Shown piece after piece: positions 8,694 through 18,220 of a DNA stretch of 64,000 bases. Position 1 is the stretch's first letter. Each line of letters begins with the position of its first letter. This stretch comes from Pseudoclavibacter sp. (GTDB lineage Bacteria > Actinomycetota > Actinomycetes > Actinomycetales > Microbacteriaceae). The DNA lies in the NCBI GenBank assembly GCA_052099095.1, contig JBQDTF010000008.1:26164-90163 (forward strand). Reading direction: 5' to 3'. The translations under genes were made by a program, and so were the position numbers. The notes below the pieces were generated by a model. It searched no databases. It had not been told where the DNA came from and worked only from the letters and a program-made list of their open reading frames with translations.

Positions 8694-10726
8694 CCACCTA
8701 CATCACGCCAGGGCTCGTCGCCCTCGACGTCGACCTGGGTGCGGACAAGACCGATGTCATCCGCAACCTCGCCGAACGCGTCGTCTCGCAGGGCCGCGCG
8801 ACCGACGCCGCAGGGCTCGCCGCAGACGCCCTCGCCCGCGAAGAACAGGGAGCCACCGGCGTCCCCGGCGGCATCGCAATCCCCCACTGCCGCTCAGGCG
8901 CCGTCACCGAAGCCACCCTCGCCATGTCGCGCCTCACCCCGGGGGTCGACTTCGGCGCCCACGACGGCCCAAGCGACCTCGTCTTCTTCATCGCCGCCCC
9001 GGACGGCGCCCACGACGAGCACCTCCAGATGCTCTCCAAGCTCGCCCGCTCCCTCATGGTGCCCGAGTTCAACGACTCGCTCCGCGCCGCAACCACGCCG
9101 GAAGAGATCGTCGCGATCGTCGAGAAGGCACTCGAGCCCGAGGAAGAGAAGCCCGCAGCGGCTGCCGCACCCGCAGCCCCCGCCGCGAGCGGCGCATCCA
9201 CCGGCCCCGTCATCGTCGCCGTCACCTCCTGCGCGACCGGCATCGCTCACACCTTCATGTCAGCGGACGCCCTCACCGCGAAGGCCAAGGAGATGGGCAT
9301 CGAGTTCTACGTCGAACCGCAGGGCTCCTCGAAGGTCACCCCCCTCGACCCCGCCATCATCAAGCGCGCCGACGCCGTCATCTTCGCGAACGACGTCGAC
9401 GTGCGCGACCGCGGCCGCTTCGCCGGCAAGCCGGTCGTGCAGTCACCCGTGAAGCGCGGCATCGACCACCCGGACGAGCTCCTCAACGAGGCCGTCGCAG
9501 CTGCCAAGGACCCGAACGCCAAGCGTGTCCCCGCATCCGACGCCGCCGACTCCTCCGAGAACACCGCCAACGAGAGCGTCGGCGCCCGCATCAAGCGCTG
9601 GCTGCTCACCGGTGTCAGCTACATGATCCCGTTCGTCGCAGGTGGCGGACTCCTCATCGCCCTCGGCTTCCTCCTCGGCGGCTACGACATCGTCAGCGAC
9701 GGCCGCAACACCGACATCATCCTGCAGAACTCCCTCTTCAACCTGCCGCCGGACGAGGCAACCCGCTCGGGCCTCCTCGTCTACCTGGGTGCCGTCGCAT
9801 CCGCCATCGGGCAGGCATCGATGGGCTTCCTCGTGCCAGCTCTCGCCGGCTACATCGCCTACGCCATCGCAGACCGGCCAGGCATCGCGCCCGGCTTCGT
9901 CGCCGGTGCCGTCGCAGGCATCATGGGCGCCGGCTTCATCGGCGGCATCGTCGGTGGCCTCATCGCAGGTGGCGCCGCATACTGGATCGGCTCCTGGAAC
10001 GTGCCCCGCTGGATGCGCGGACTCATGCCGGTCGTCATCATCCCGCTCGTCGGCTCCATCATCGCCTCTGGCCTCATGGTCATCCTCCTCGGCGGGCCCA
10101 TCGCGGCCCTCACCAACGGCCTCAACACCTGGCTCACCGGCCTGACCGGCGCAAGCGCTGTCCTCCTCGGCATCATCCTCGGCACCATGATGTGCTTCGA
10201 CCTCGGAGGCCCCGTCAACAAGGTCGCCTACGCGTTCGCAGTCGCAGGCCTCGGCGCCGGTTCCTTCGACAACCAGGCACCGTGGATGATCATGGCGACC
10301 GTCATGGCCGCCGGCATGGTCCCGCCGCTCGCCATGGCACTCGCCACGACGATCGCACCCCGTCTCTTCTCCCCCGTCGAGAAGGAGAACGGCCGCGCGG
10401 CATGGCTCCTCGGAGCGGCCTTCATCTCCGAAGGCGCCATCCCCTTCGCGGCAGCCGACCCGCTGCGAGTGATCCCCGCGAGCATCCTCGGCGGCGCGGC
10501 CACCGGCGCCCTCACCATGGCGATGGGTGTCACCTCGCAGGCACCCCACGGCGGAATCTTCGTGTTCTTCGCCATCGGCAACCTGCTCTGGTTCGTCCTC
10601 GCGATCCTCATCGGAACCGTGATCTCCGGCCTCACCGTCATCGCCCTCAAGAAGTGGGTGCGCAAGGCACCGGTCGACGCCGATGTGCCAGCCGCGGCAT
10701 CGCTGCAGGGCGAGCTCGCGCACTAG
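8690..10726 (+). CDS. fruA: PTS fructose transporter subunit IIABC
   Basis: IIA domain with GIAIPHCRS, IIB with VTSCATGIAHTFM, then a multi-TM IIC. Real start is ATG 8690 (ATGA overlap with fruK). The first 361 aa of track ORF 7607.. are Arg/Pro junk. Confidence 0.9.
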   Translation: MTTYITPGLVALDVDLGADKTDVIRNLAERVVSQGRATDAAGLAADALAREEQGATGVPGGIAIPHCRSGAVTEATLAMSRLTPGVDFGAHDGPSDLVFFIAAPDGAHDEHLQMLSKLARSLMVPEFNDSLRAATTPEEIVAIVEKALEPEEEKPAAAAAPAAPAASGASTGPVIVAVTSCATGIAHTFMSADALTAKAKEMGIEFYVEPQGSSKVTPLDPAIIKRADAVIFANDVDVRDRGRFAGKPVVQSPVKRGIDHPDELLNEAVAAAKDPNAKRVPASDAADSSENTANESVGARIKRWLLTGVSYMIPFVAGGGLLIALGFLLGGYDIVSDGRNTDIILQNSLFNLPPDEATRSGLLVYLGAVASAIGQASMGFLVPALAGYIAYAIADRPGIAPGFVAGAVAGIMGAGFIGGIVGGLIAGGAAYWIGSWNVPRWMRGLMPVVIIPLVGSIIASGLMVILLGGPIAALTNGLNTWLTGLTGASAVLLGIILGTMMCFDLGGPVNKVAYAFAVAGLGAGSFDNQAPWMIMATVMAAGMVPPLAMALATTIAPRLFSPVEKENGRAAWLLGAAFISEGAIPFAAADPLRVIPASILGGAATGALTMAMGVTSQAPHGGIFVFFAIGNLLWFVLAILIGTVISGLTVIALKKWVRKAPVDADVPAAASLQGELAH

Positions 10727-10780
10727 GCACGCACACACGACGCGAACGCCGACGCCTCCACGCCCGGCACGCACTCGATA

Positions 10781-10850
10781 TCTCGGGATGGGTTTCTCGC
10801 TCTCGGATGGGTAACTTCCCATCCCGAAGCGAGTTACCCATCCCGAGACT
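10781..10850. repeat. R1 palindromic intergenic repeat, copy 1 (variant, opposite orientation)
   Basis: tctcgggatgggtttctcgct..cccatcccgaagcgagttacccatcccgagact; matches the rc of the copies at 23295, 24038 and 24189. Confidence 0.7.
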
Positions 10851-11111
10851 CGTTAACGCGGGACGATTTCTGAGGCCCGTCGCACCAGCGCCGCTCCTCG
10901 AGGAGTCCGGCGCGGGGTTCGCGGGCGGCCGCTTCCAACTTGGGTGATAACTCGGCCCCGACCGCTCGATCTGTGAGCTCCTTGAACGAGTTAGCACCGA
11001 AGTTCAGCGTGCGCATCCGCGCCGAGCCACGGCCCGGAATCGCCGCGCGCAACCGATACGCCGAAGCCCAACCGATCGGGCGAGTCGGGATGGTCGACGC
11101 CGGAAGCCCGC

Positions 11112-12485
11112 TCAGCGGATGGGGGTCGTGTCGATGTCGGGGACACCGTCCTCGTTCATGTCCGCGCTGCGCGCGCGCCGCGCGTCGAGGCGCAAGGTGA
11201 CCGCAGCGAGCGTCGCCGCGACAAGCGTGCCGACGAGCACGGCGAGCTTCGCCGCGGCCGTGTGCTCACCGTCGGGGAACGAGAGCTCCGCGATGAGCAG
11301 CGACACCGTGAAGCCGATGCCGGTGAGGAAGCCGACGGGGAGCAGGTCGCGGAGGCCGATCGCATCGGGGAGCCGGAGCGGAGTGAGCTTGGTGACGAGT
11401 GCCGTCATGCCGAGTACGCCGATCAGCTTGCCGATCACTAGCGCTCCCGCGACGGCGATGAAGACGGGCTGGGCGATGACCTCGCCGACCCCGTCGCCAT
11501 CGACGACGTTCACACCGGCTGCGAAGAACGCGAACACAGGCAGCGCGAATCCTGCGGAGAGCGGCCCGATGCGCTCGGCGAAGCGATGCGTGCGCGCCGA
11601 TGCTTCTCCGTGCACGTGCTTCGCCGGCACCGTGAAGCCGAGCAGCACGCCGGCGATCGTGGCGTGCACCCCTGACTCGTGCATGAGCGCCCACGCGATG
11701 ATCGCGAGCGGCACGAGCAGCCACCAGACGGGCCGCTTCGAGCGCACGACCACCGCGAACACGGCAATCACGGCAAGGGACGAGGCGAGGGCCAGCAGGT
11801 TCACGCCCGCCGTGTAGAAGACGGCGATGATGACGATCGCGAGCAGGTCGTCGACGACGGCGAGTGTCAGCAGGAACGTGCGAAGCCCGCGCGGAAGTCC
11901 CTTGCCGAAGATGGCGAGCACGCCGACCGCGAAGGCGATGTCGGTCGCGGTCGGGATGGCCCAGCCGCCGACGGCGGCGGGGTCGCCGAGCAGCGTCACC
12001 GCGAGTACGAAGAGCAGCGCCGGGGCAGCCATGCCACCGACCGCTGCCAGGACGGGCACCGCCGCTTCCCGCGGGTTGCGGAGACTGCCGGTGACGAACT
12101 CCTGCTTGAGCTCGACCCCCACGACGAAGAAGAAGATCGCGAGGAGGCCGTCTGCCGCCCAGGTCGAGAGCGAGAGATCGAGGTGCAGAGATGCGGGGCC
12201 GACGACCACTCCGGAGAGCGCCGCGTACCCGTCGCGCCACGGAGAGTTTGCCCACGCGAGTGCAAACGCCGCCGCGAGGAGGAGGAGAATACCGCCCGTC
12301 GTCTCGCGTGAGATCCACGCGCTCACCTTGGCGAAAGGCCCGCCGACGGAGACGGGGGCAGCGAGAGGCTTCCGGGCCGCCGCGCTCTCGCCTTGGGAGC
12401 CCTGTGCCTGCGAGGGCACTGCCTGCGAGGGCGCGTCCCCGGGGCCCGGCTGGGCTGGTGAGGTCGGTTCATGTGGTGCGTTCAA
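11112..12485 (-). CDS. nhaA: Na+/H+ antiporter NhaA
   Basis: 457 aa, about 12 TM. Blocks ETTGGILLLLAAAFALAWANSPW and PTATDIAFAVGVLA are characteristic of NhaA. Confidence 0.9.
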   Translation of the reverse strand: MNAPHEPTSPAQPGPGDAPSQAVPSQAQGSQGESAAARKPLAAPVSVGGPFAKVSAWISRETTGGILLLLAAAFALAWANSPWRDGYAALSGVVVGPASLHLDLSLSTWAADGLLAIFFFVVGVELKQEFVTGSLRNPREAAVPVLAAVGGMAAPALLFVLAVTLLGDPAAVGGWAIPTATDIAFAVGVLAIFGKGLPRGLRTFLLTLAVVDDLLAIVIIAVFYTAGVNLLALASSLAVIAVFAVVVRSKRPVWWLLVPLAIIAWALMHESGVHATIAGVLLGFTVPAKHVHGEASARTHRFAERIGPLSAGFALPVFAFFAAGVNVVDGDGVGEVIAQPVFIAVAGALVIGKLIGVLGMTALVTKLTPLRLPDAIGLRDLLPVGFLTGIGFTVSLLIAELSFPDGEHTAAAKLAVLVGTLVAATLAAVTLRLDARRARSADMNEDGVPDIDTTPIR

Positions 12486-12708
12486 AGGGTCTCCCTAGGG
12501 TTCGGACCCGTCGTATCCCGACCGGGCCGCCGACCAGACTTCCCGGCACACCGTGGTCGATTCTACTCGGTTGGGGGCCCCGCGCGCGGGCGCGCTCTCC
12601 GGATCGCCACCAGCCGAAGTGCCGCTCTGAAGCACTGGGAAGGGCCGTTTGACTGGCAGCGATGGCGTCGGGGGCGGCTCGGAGGTCAGCGCAGGTCGGC
12701 GCGACGCA

Positions 12709-15700
12709 CTAGAGGCCGCGAGTGAGAACCTCGTCGAGGGCGGCCACGAAGGTGTCGGCGCTTTCCTTCGTGAAGCACAGCGGCGGCTTCACCTTCAGCA
12801 CGTTCCCACGGTCGCCGGTGGGCTGCACCACGATGCCGAGGGCGAGCATCCGGTCGCAGAGGGCGCGGGTCTCGCTGTCGGCAGCCTCGAGGGTCTCGCG
12901 GTCGCGCACCAACTCGATGCCCTGATACAGCCCCCGCCCGTGGATCTTGCCGATGAGCGGCTGTCGTTCCGCGAGCGCCAGCAGCTGCTCGTGCAGGTAG
13001 CCTCCGATCTCCCTGGCTTTCTCCTGCAGGCGGTCGTCGCGCATGATGTCGAGCACGGTCACGCCGAGCTTCGCGCTGAGCGTCGAGCCGCCGGCGGATG
13101 AGAAGAAGGTGCCCTGGTCGGCGAGCGCCTGGGCGATCTCGGATCGTGTGATGACAGCCCCGAGCGGATGCCCGTTCCCCATGGCCTTCGCGACGGTCAC
13201 GACGTCCGGCACGATCGCCTCGCCGTTCGGCCCGGAGTGCTGCTCGAAGCCCCAGAACACGTCGCCCTGCCGCCCGTATCCGACCTGGACCTCGTCGGCG
13301 ATGACAACTGCGCCGCCCGCGCGGACCGCGTCGTAGACCGCGGCCAGGTAACCGGCCGGCACTTCAATGGCCCCGGCGTTGCCGTTGCGTGGCTCGGCGA
13401 TGAAGGTACCGATGGGTGTGCCGGCGACGGCGAGACGGTCGATCTCGGCGATCGCATCCGCCGCGTACCGCTCGCCTGCTCTTTCGCCGCGGTGGGTTCC
13501 GCGGTAGGCGTTCGGGGCGTCGAACGCGTGCACCCAGGGCGCCCGCAGCTCAGCGGCGAGCGGGTTGTCGGAGGTGGACGTGGAGACGGCATCGGCCGCG
13601 TGCGACCAGCCGTGGTACGACTCCTCCACGCACGCGACGTCGTCCCGGCCCGTGAACGCCTTCGTGAGCCGGAGCGCGAGGTCGACGGCTTCGGTGCCGC
13701 TGTTGACGAGCAGCACGGTGTCGAAGCTGTCCGGCAGCGTCTCGAGGAGCCGCTCGCTGAGCTCGGCGACCGACGAGTAGTTGAAACGCGAGTTGGTGTT
13801 GAGCATGCGCCACTGCTGCGCGACCGCGTCGGCGAGCACTGGGTGCCCGTGGCCGAGGGCCGTCACGTTGTTGACCATGTCGAGGTAGTGGCGGCCGTCG
13901 GTGTCGATGAGCATCTCGCGCCAGCCTCGCTCGATCTGCGGCGGATGCGCGTAGTAGTGGCCTTGCAGGGGCGCGTAGGCGTCGAGTCGCGCACGCAGCG
14001 TCTCCTCTGCTGCTGTTCCACGCACGTCGCTCGGCGCGAGTCCGATGAGCTCGCTCGGGTCGCCGATCACGGAGAGCCAAGAGGGGAACTCCTCGGCCGT
14101 CACGAAGCGCGGGACGGGTGCCGCGGCAGCTTCCAGCGCGGACACTTCTCCGAGCTGGAGGGAGACCTGCGCCCAGCCAGCGATCTCGGCGAAGGGTTCC
14201 CCCGCTTCGACGTTCGTAGGCGTCGCGATGCTGTCGCCTTCGAGCGAACGACCCTCGATGAGTCCCCTGGCACCCGCGATGACCAGCGTTCGCTCGCCGT
14301 CGGTGAGGGTGACATGGCCCTCGACTGCGGACACGAGTCCGGCGAAGGGCGCCGTGAGCGCCAGGTCGCCCTTGCTGTACAGCTCGACGCCGAGAGCGAC
14401 ATTGACGGGCGCGTCATGGGTGACGCCGACGGCACGCGTGAGCCGCGCTTCCCCGAAGCGCGTCGCGGCGAGGCCGGAGGTGCGGGCCGCGAGAAGCAGC
14501 ATCTGCGCTTCGACCTCGGGCCCCTCGTCGCCGAGCCAGGACCCGTCGCGCAGGGCCGTGCTCGTGTAGTCGAGCGTGACGACGCGGGCGCGACGCGCGA
14601 GCTCGGCGCCGAGGAGCGTCGCACCTCCGGCCGGAGAGGATGCGGGGCCGGGAGCGGTGCTGCGCCCGAGGGTTCGCCGGATCGCTGCCGTCGCGACGCG
14701 CGAGTCCAGAGCGGCCGGCACCGCGAAGATGGTCCACTCTCGTTCGAGCGCCTCCTCGGCGTAGTCGTTTCCTTCATCGATGGCGACCTGCTGCAGGCCG
14801 CTGACCACGAGCGTCGCACCGCGCAGCACGATGAGCGACCAGAGCGCGTCGACCTCGGCGTCGGTGAGGTGCACGACTTCGTCGAACGCGCGGATAAGCG
14901 GCAGCACCGCGAGCGGGCGCGCGGGGTCGTGGTGGAACACCGCCGTGCACGCGACGGCCAGCTCGGCGATGCGCCAGCCAGTGCCGACGTCACCGAAGTC
15001 GATGATGCCCGAGAGCTGGGGGCGCCCGAGTTCGCCCGCGGTCGCGACGAGGTTGTCGTCGGTCAGGTCGCCGTGGATGGCCTGCAGGGGCAGCGAGTCC
15101 TTGAGCGGTGCCAGCACAGCCGTGGCGTCCTCGAGCGCGCCGAGCACAAGCGCACGCCGCTCGGGGTCGGCGACGTAGTTGATGAGCTCATCGACGAGCC
15201 GCTCGCCGACTCGCAGGTCCCACTGCAACTCGCGGTCGAGTCCCGGATGGTCGAAGTCGCCGAGCGTCGCGACAACCTGCCCGACGAGTGTGCCCATGGC
15301 GGCGATCGTCTCCGCAGAGAAGTGCTCGAAGTCGATGAGCGGCGTGCCCTCGACAAAGGTCAGGAGGCGGATGCTGTGCCGAGCCCCGTCGACCTCGGCC
15401 GTCTCGATCTCGCGGCCATGGACGCTCGGGATTGGGGCGGGCGACGGGTGGCCCGCCGCGTGCATCCGCTGCATCGCCTCGTTCTGCGCCTCGATCTCGT
15501 CGCGACGCACGGCGCGGTTGCTGATCTTGAACAGCACCCGGCGGCCTTCAGGCTCGGATGCTGAACTCGGCGCGGTGAACAAGAAGTTGCGGTCTTGCTG
15601 GCTGCCGAGCTCGCGCACCTCGCCGGAGACGCCGTAGAGCTCGCCCGCGAGGCGACGAACCTCGTCGACGGTGACGTTCGGGCGCGGCAGGCCCTCCGAG

Positions 15701-15732
15701 AATGATGGAATGCCCTCTGCGAATTCGACCAT
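12709..15732 (-). CDS. Tripartite fusion: phosphotransferase (APH/hydroxylysine-kinase-like) + degenerate M23/LytM-like barrel + class III PLP aminotransferase-fold domain
   Basis: N-terminal kinase motifs (IHGDLTDDNL, IIDFGD). Middle beta-rich region. C-terminal Aminotran_3 blocks (NSGTEAVDLALRL, IADEVQVGYGRQG, VTVAKAMGNGHPL with the PLP Lys). Confidence 0.85.
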   Translation of the reverse strand: MVEFAEGIPSFSEGLPRPNVTVDEVRRLAGELYGVSGEVRELGSQQDRNFLFTAPSSASEPEGRRVLFKISNRAVRRDEIEAQNEAMQRMHAAGHPSPAPIPSVHGREIETAEVDGARHSIRLLTFVEGTPLIDFEHFSAETIAAMGTLVGQVVATLGDFDHPGLDRELQWDLRVGERLVDELINYVADPERRALVLGALEDATAVLAPLKDSLPLQAIHGDLTDDNLVATAGELGRPQLSGIIDFGDVGTGWRIAELAVACTAVFHHDPARPLAVLPLIRAFDEVVHLTDAEVDALWSLIVLRGATLVVSGLQQVAIDEGNDYAEEALEREWTIFAVPAALDSRVATAAIRRTLGRSTAPGPASSPAGGATLLGAELARRARVVTLDYTSTALRDGSWLGDEGPEVEAQMLLLAARTSGLAATRFGEARLTRAVGVTHDAPVNVALGVELYSKGDLALTAPFAGLVSAVEGHVTLTDGERTLVIAGARGLIEGRSLEGDSIATPTNVEAGEPFAEIAGWAQVSLQLGEVSALEAAAAPVPRFVTAEEFPSWLSVIGDPSELIGLAPSDVRGTAAEETLRARLDAYAPLQGHYYAHPPQIERGWREMLIDTDGRHYLDMVNNVTALGHGHPVLADAVAQQWRMLNTNSRFNYSSVAELSERLLETLPDSFDTVLLVNSGTEAVDLALRLTKAFTGRDDVACVEESYHGWSHAADAVSTSTSDNPLAAELRAPWVHAFDAPNAYRGTHRGERAGERYAADAIAEIDRLAVAGTPIGTFIAEPRNGNAGAIEVPAGYLAAVYDAVRAGGAVVIADEVQVGYGRQGDVFWGFEQHSGPNGEAIVPDVVTVAKAMGNGHPLGAVITRSEIAQALADQGTFFSSAGGSTLSAKLGVTVLDIMRDDRLQEKAREIGGYLHEQLLALAERQPLIGKIHGRGLYQGIELVRDRETLEAADSETRALCDRMLALGIVVQPTGDRGNVLKVKPPLCFTKESADTFVAALDEVLTRGL

Positions 15733-15850
15733 GACTGCTCCCCCTCGAGTCGCCGACCAGCGACCGGTCGAACCGAGGCAATGGTATCGGCGGCCACCGA
15801 CATCGCGCGGGCGGCGCCACTCTCACGATTCACGACTCCCGGCTCACGAC

Positions 15851-16105
15851 TCACGCCACGCGGTCGGAACTCGCCGGGCCAACGCTCGTATCGTCCGGGT
15901 TGTCGGAGCCGTCGCCACGGTAGAACAGCACGCTTGTCAGGAAAGACGCGACGAACATTCCCGCGCTTATCGACGCAACCGCTGTCCAATCGAGCCCGAA
16001 GAGCGACTCTCCGAGGACCCCAGCGGCGAATAGTGCTTGTATGACGGTCTTCAGTGCGCGTTCCCCGGCGTAGTCCAGGAACCCGAGGGACCAGTACTTC
16101 AGCAT
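15851..16105 (-). CDS. Holin (phage r1t-holin-like)
   Basis: 84 aa. AGERALKTVIQALFAAGV... plus a second TM AVASISAGMFVASFLTSVLFY and a charged tail. Last gene of the lysin operon. Confidence 0.7.
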   Translation of the reverse strand: MLKYWSLGFLDYAGERALKTVIQALFAAGVLGESLFGLDWTAVASISAGMFVASFLTSVLFYRGDGSDNPDDTSVGPASSDRVA

Positions 16106-16159
16106 GATGCTCCTTTTATATCTTTGAGATGTTGTGCTCCCGCCTGTTCAGCGCCAGCC

Positions 16160-16477
16160 TCACTTCGGCAGATGAGACGGCCACTCCGGGGGAGGCGGCT
16201 CTTTGCCGTCCCAGATGTGGGCGCGCAGCTCATGGGCGTGCGTGCGGTACCCGTCCACATAGGTGTCGAGCCTGTTGAGGCGCTCGGCATCGGAGGCACG
16301 GATAGCGGCCTGCTGCTCGCGGTAGGTGGCGAGCTCCTCCTGCAGCTGGTCGACGAGGGTCTGGGCGTCCGCGCGACGCGCTGACCGAGCAGCCGTCGCG
16401 TGCCCGAAGATGGCCCCCACTGCCGTGAACCCTGCAGCGATGGCGATGGCAACTTCGGGCCCCACCCAGCCGATCAT
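16160..16477 (-). CDS. Small N-terminally anchored membrane protein with a coiled-coil tail (lysis accessory or second holin-like)
   Basis: One TM (VAIAIAAGFTAVGAIFG) followed by helical LVDQLQEELATYREQQAAI. ATGA overlap with the upstream amidase. Confidence 0.55.
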   Translation of the reverse strand: MIGWVGPEVAIAIAAGFTAVGAIFGHATAARSARRADAQTLVDQLQEELATYREQQAAIRASDAERLNRLDTYVDGYRTHAHELRAHIWDGKEPPPPEWPSHLPK

Positions 16478-17274
16478 GCGCCGCTCCGGATCTTGGCCGC
16501 GAGCTCGAGCAGCTCACGTTCGCCGCTCAGCGCACTGTCGTCCGCGTTGCCAGCATTGATCTCTTGCCACATGGCAAAGAACTCTGCGAACCCAAGTTTC
16601 ACGATGGGTCGGCCAGTCAGTCTGACGATGCCGGATACGGCTTCTGGGCTCCCCGTCCACCTCACGAAGTTCGCGGTGACGATGTACTGGCGCCCGAGTT
16701 CGGGCACTTCTGCTATCCACATTTCCTTGTCCTGTTCTGCGTTGCCTCCGGCTCCTTCCTCTCCGCTTGCCCTGTCCGCGGCGCGTGCCTTCGCGAGCTC
16801 CACCACGCGATCGAGGTCGATACCACCGGGGCAGACGGTCGCGTAGGAGCGACCGTGCCGCTGGAAGACCTCACGGTGACCGAGCACGGCACCACGATCG
16901 ATGGGAAATCCGAAGCGCTGCGCGCAGTCGGCGATCAGCATCGCCAACGACGTGGAGCTCGCCTCTGAGATGGGCCAGCCGCTCGCATCCCCCGTGAGCT
17001 CGTTGCACACCTCCACGGTGATTGCTCTGGCATCCCATTCGGGACTCGCCAGCGACCAGGAGCGGAATTCCTCTGGTACGACGCCGACGACCTGCTGATC
17101 CTTGATCACGTAGTTCGAGCTCACTTCGCGCGATCGGTTTCCCATCATGCTGAGCACAGCCGAGAGGGACGCCGTCGCAGCGTGGTGCACGACGAACCTG
17201 TCGACACGGACGGTTCTCGGGCCGAGCTGATCGGCGTGCGAGGAGACATCCGTGATGAGTTCTGAGAAGCTCAT
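16474..17274 (-). CDS. N-acetylmuramoyl-L-alanine amidase (Amidase_2/PGRP fold) endolysin, unique C-terminal domain
   Basis: VDRFVVHHAAT...SSNYVI...ITVEVCN...VLGHREV...TVCPG motifs. Confidence 0.85.
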   Translation of the reverse strand: MSFSELITDVSSHADQLGPRTVRVDRFVVHHAATASLSAVLSMMGNRSREVSSNYVIKDQQVVGVVPEEFRSWSLASPEWDARAITVEVCNELTGDASGWPISEASSTSLAMLIADCAQRFGFPIDRGAVLGHREVFQRHGRSYATVCPGGIDLDRVVELAKARAADRASGEEGAGGNAEQDKEMWIAEVPELGRQYIVTANFVRWTGSPEAVSGIVRLTGRPIVKLGFAEFFAMWQEINAGNADDSALSGERELLELAAKIRSGA

Positions 17275-17373
17275 GGCATCCTCTCCATTGCTGGGCTCAG
17301 CCCAGCGACGCGGGCGATGGCCCGCGGGGGCCGGGGCGATTGCGGCGCCCCGGCCCCCACGAGTTCCGTTCTG

Positions 17374-18168
17374 CTACTCAGCGGTGCCGAGCTCGCGGTA
17401 GACGCTGAACATCCACGCGAGGTTGTCCTTGTGGACGGTCTCGATCGCGTCCTGTCCCGGGATGATCCCGAGGATGTTGAGCGAGCTGAGAGCTGCGGGG
17501 CTCGGGATGTGCCAGTAGCCTCCTGCGATCGGGTTGACGGCGTAGATGGCGCCCGTCTGCTCGTTCTTCAGGAGCCGGAACCCCGTGATCTTCTTGATCG
17601 CGGCCACGTCAGCCTTGAGCTTGTTCTGTTCTGCGTCGGTCAGTGCCATGAGGAATCCTCCGTTGTTGTTCTGCTGGATGCCGATCGCCAGGTTGACGAG
17701 TCGGTCGAGGTTGATGCCACCGGGGCACGCGGTGGCGTACGAGGCGCCGTGGCGCGTGTACACCTCCTTGTGCCCGATGACGGTGTTGCGGTTGATGGGG
17801 AACCCGTACCTGGTCGCACAGTCGGCGATCAGTCGTGCGAGCGATTGGTACGAGGCCTCCGAGATCGGCCAGCCGGATGCGTCTCCGGTTGCCGAGTTGC
17901 AGGTCTCGACGGTGATCGAGCGCCCATCCCACTCGTCGCTCCCCAGCGACCAGGCCCGGTACTCCTCGGGCACGACGCCGACGATCTGGGCGTCTTTCAC
18001 CACGTAGTTCGCGCTGACCTCGCGCGAGCCGGACGACATCATCGCGAGCACGTTGGCGAGCGACGAGTCGGCGGCGTGGTGCACGACGAAGTGGTCGACG
18101 GCCTGCGAGCGGGCGTTGAACTGGTTGCCGTTACCCGAGGTCGAGGTCGTGAGCTTGGAGAAGGTCAT
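17374..18168 (-). CDS. N-acetylmuramoyl-L-alanine amidase endolysin with a shared C-terminal (putative wall-binding) module
   Basis: VDHFVVHHAAD...SANYVV...ITVETCN...VIGHKEV...TACPG. The C-terminal ~95 aa are nearly identical to the C-terminus of 18221..18922. Confidence 0.85.
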   Translation of the reverse strand: MTFSKLTTSTSGNGNQFNARSQAVDHFVVHHAADSSLANVLAMMSSGSREVSANYVVKDAQIVGVVPEEYRAWSLGSDEWDGRSITVETCNSATGDASGWPISEASYQSLARLIADCATRYGFPINRNTVIGHKEVYTRHGASYATACPGGINLDRLVNLAIGIQQNNNGGFLMALTDAEQNKLKADVAAIKKITGFRLLKNEQTGAIYAVNPIAGGYWHIPSPAALSSLNILGIIPGQDAIETVHKDNLAWMFSVYRELGTAE

Positions 18169-18220
18169 GCGTGGCTCTCCTCTCTCTTCCGCGAGCCGTG
18201 CGCCCGCTGGTGGCTTCGGC

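Noticed and set aside
10834-11052. 72-aa minus ORF and 10940..11200 + ORF in the fruA-nhaA spacer
   Set aside because: They have no motifs, overlap each other and abut the R1 repeat. They could be remnants but are not supportable.
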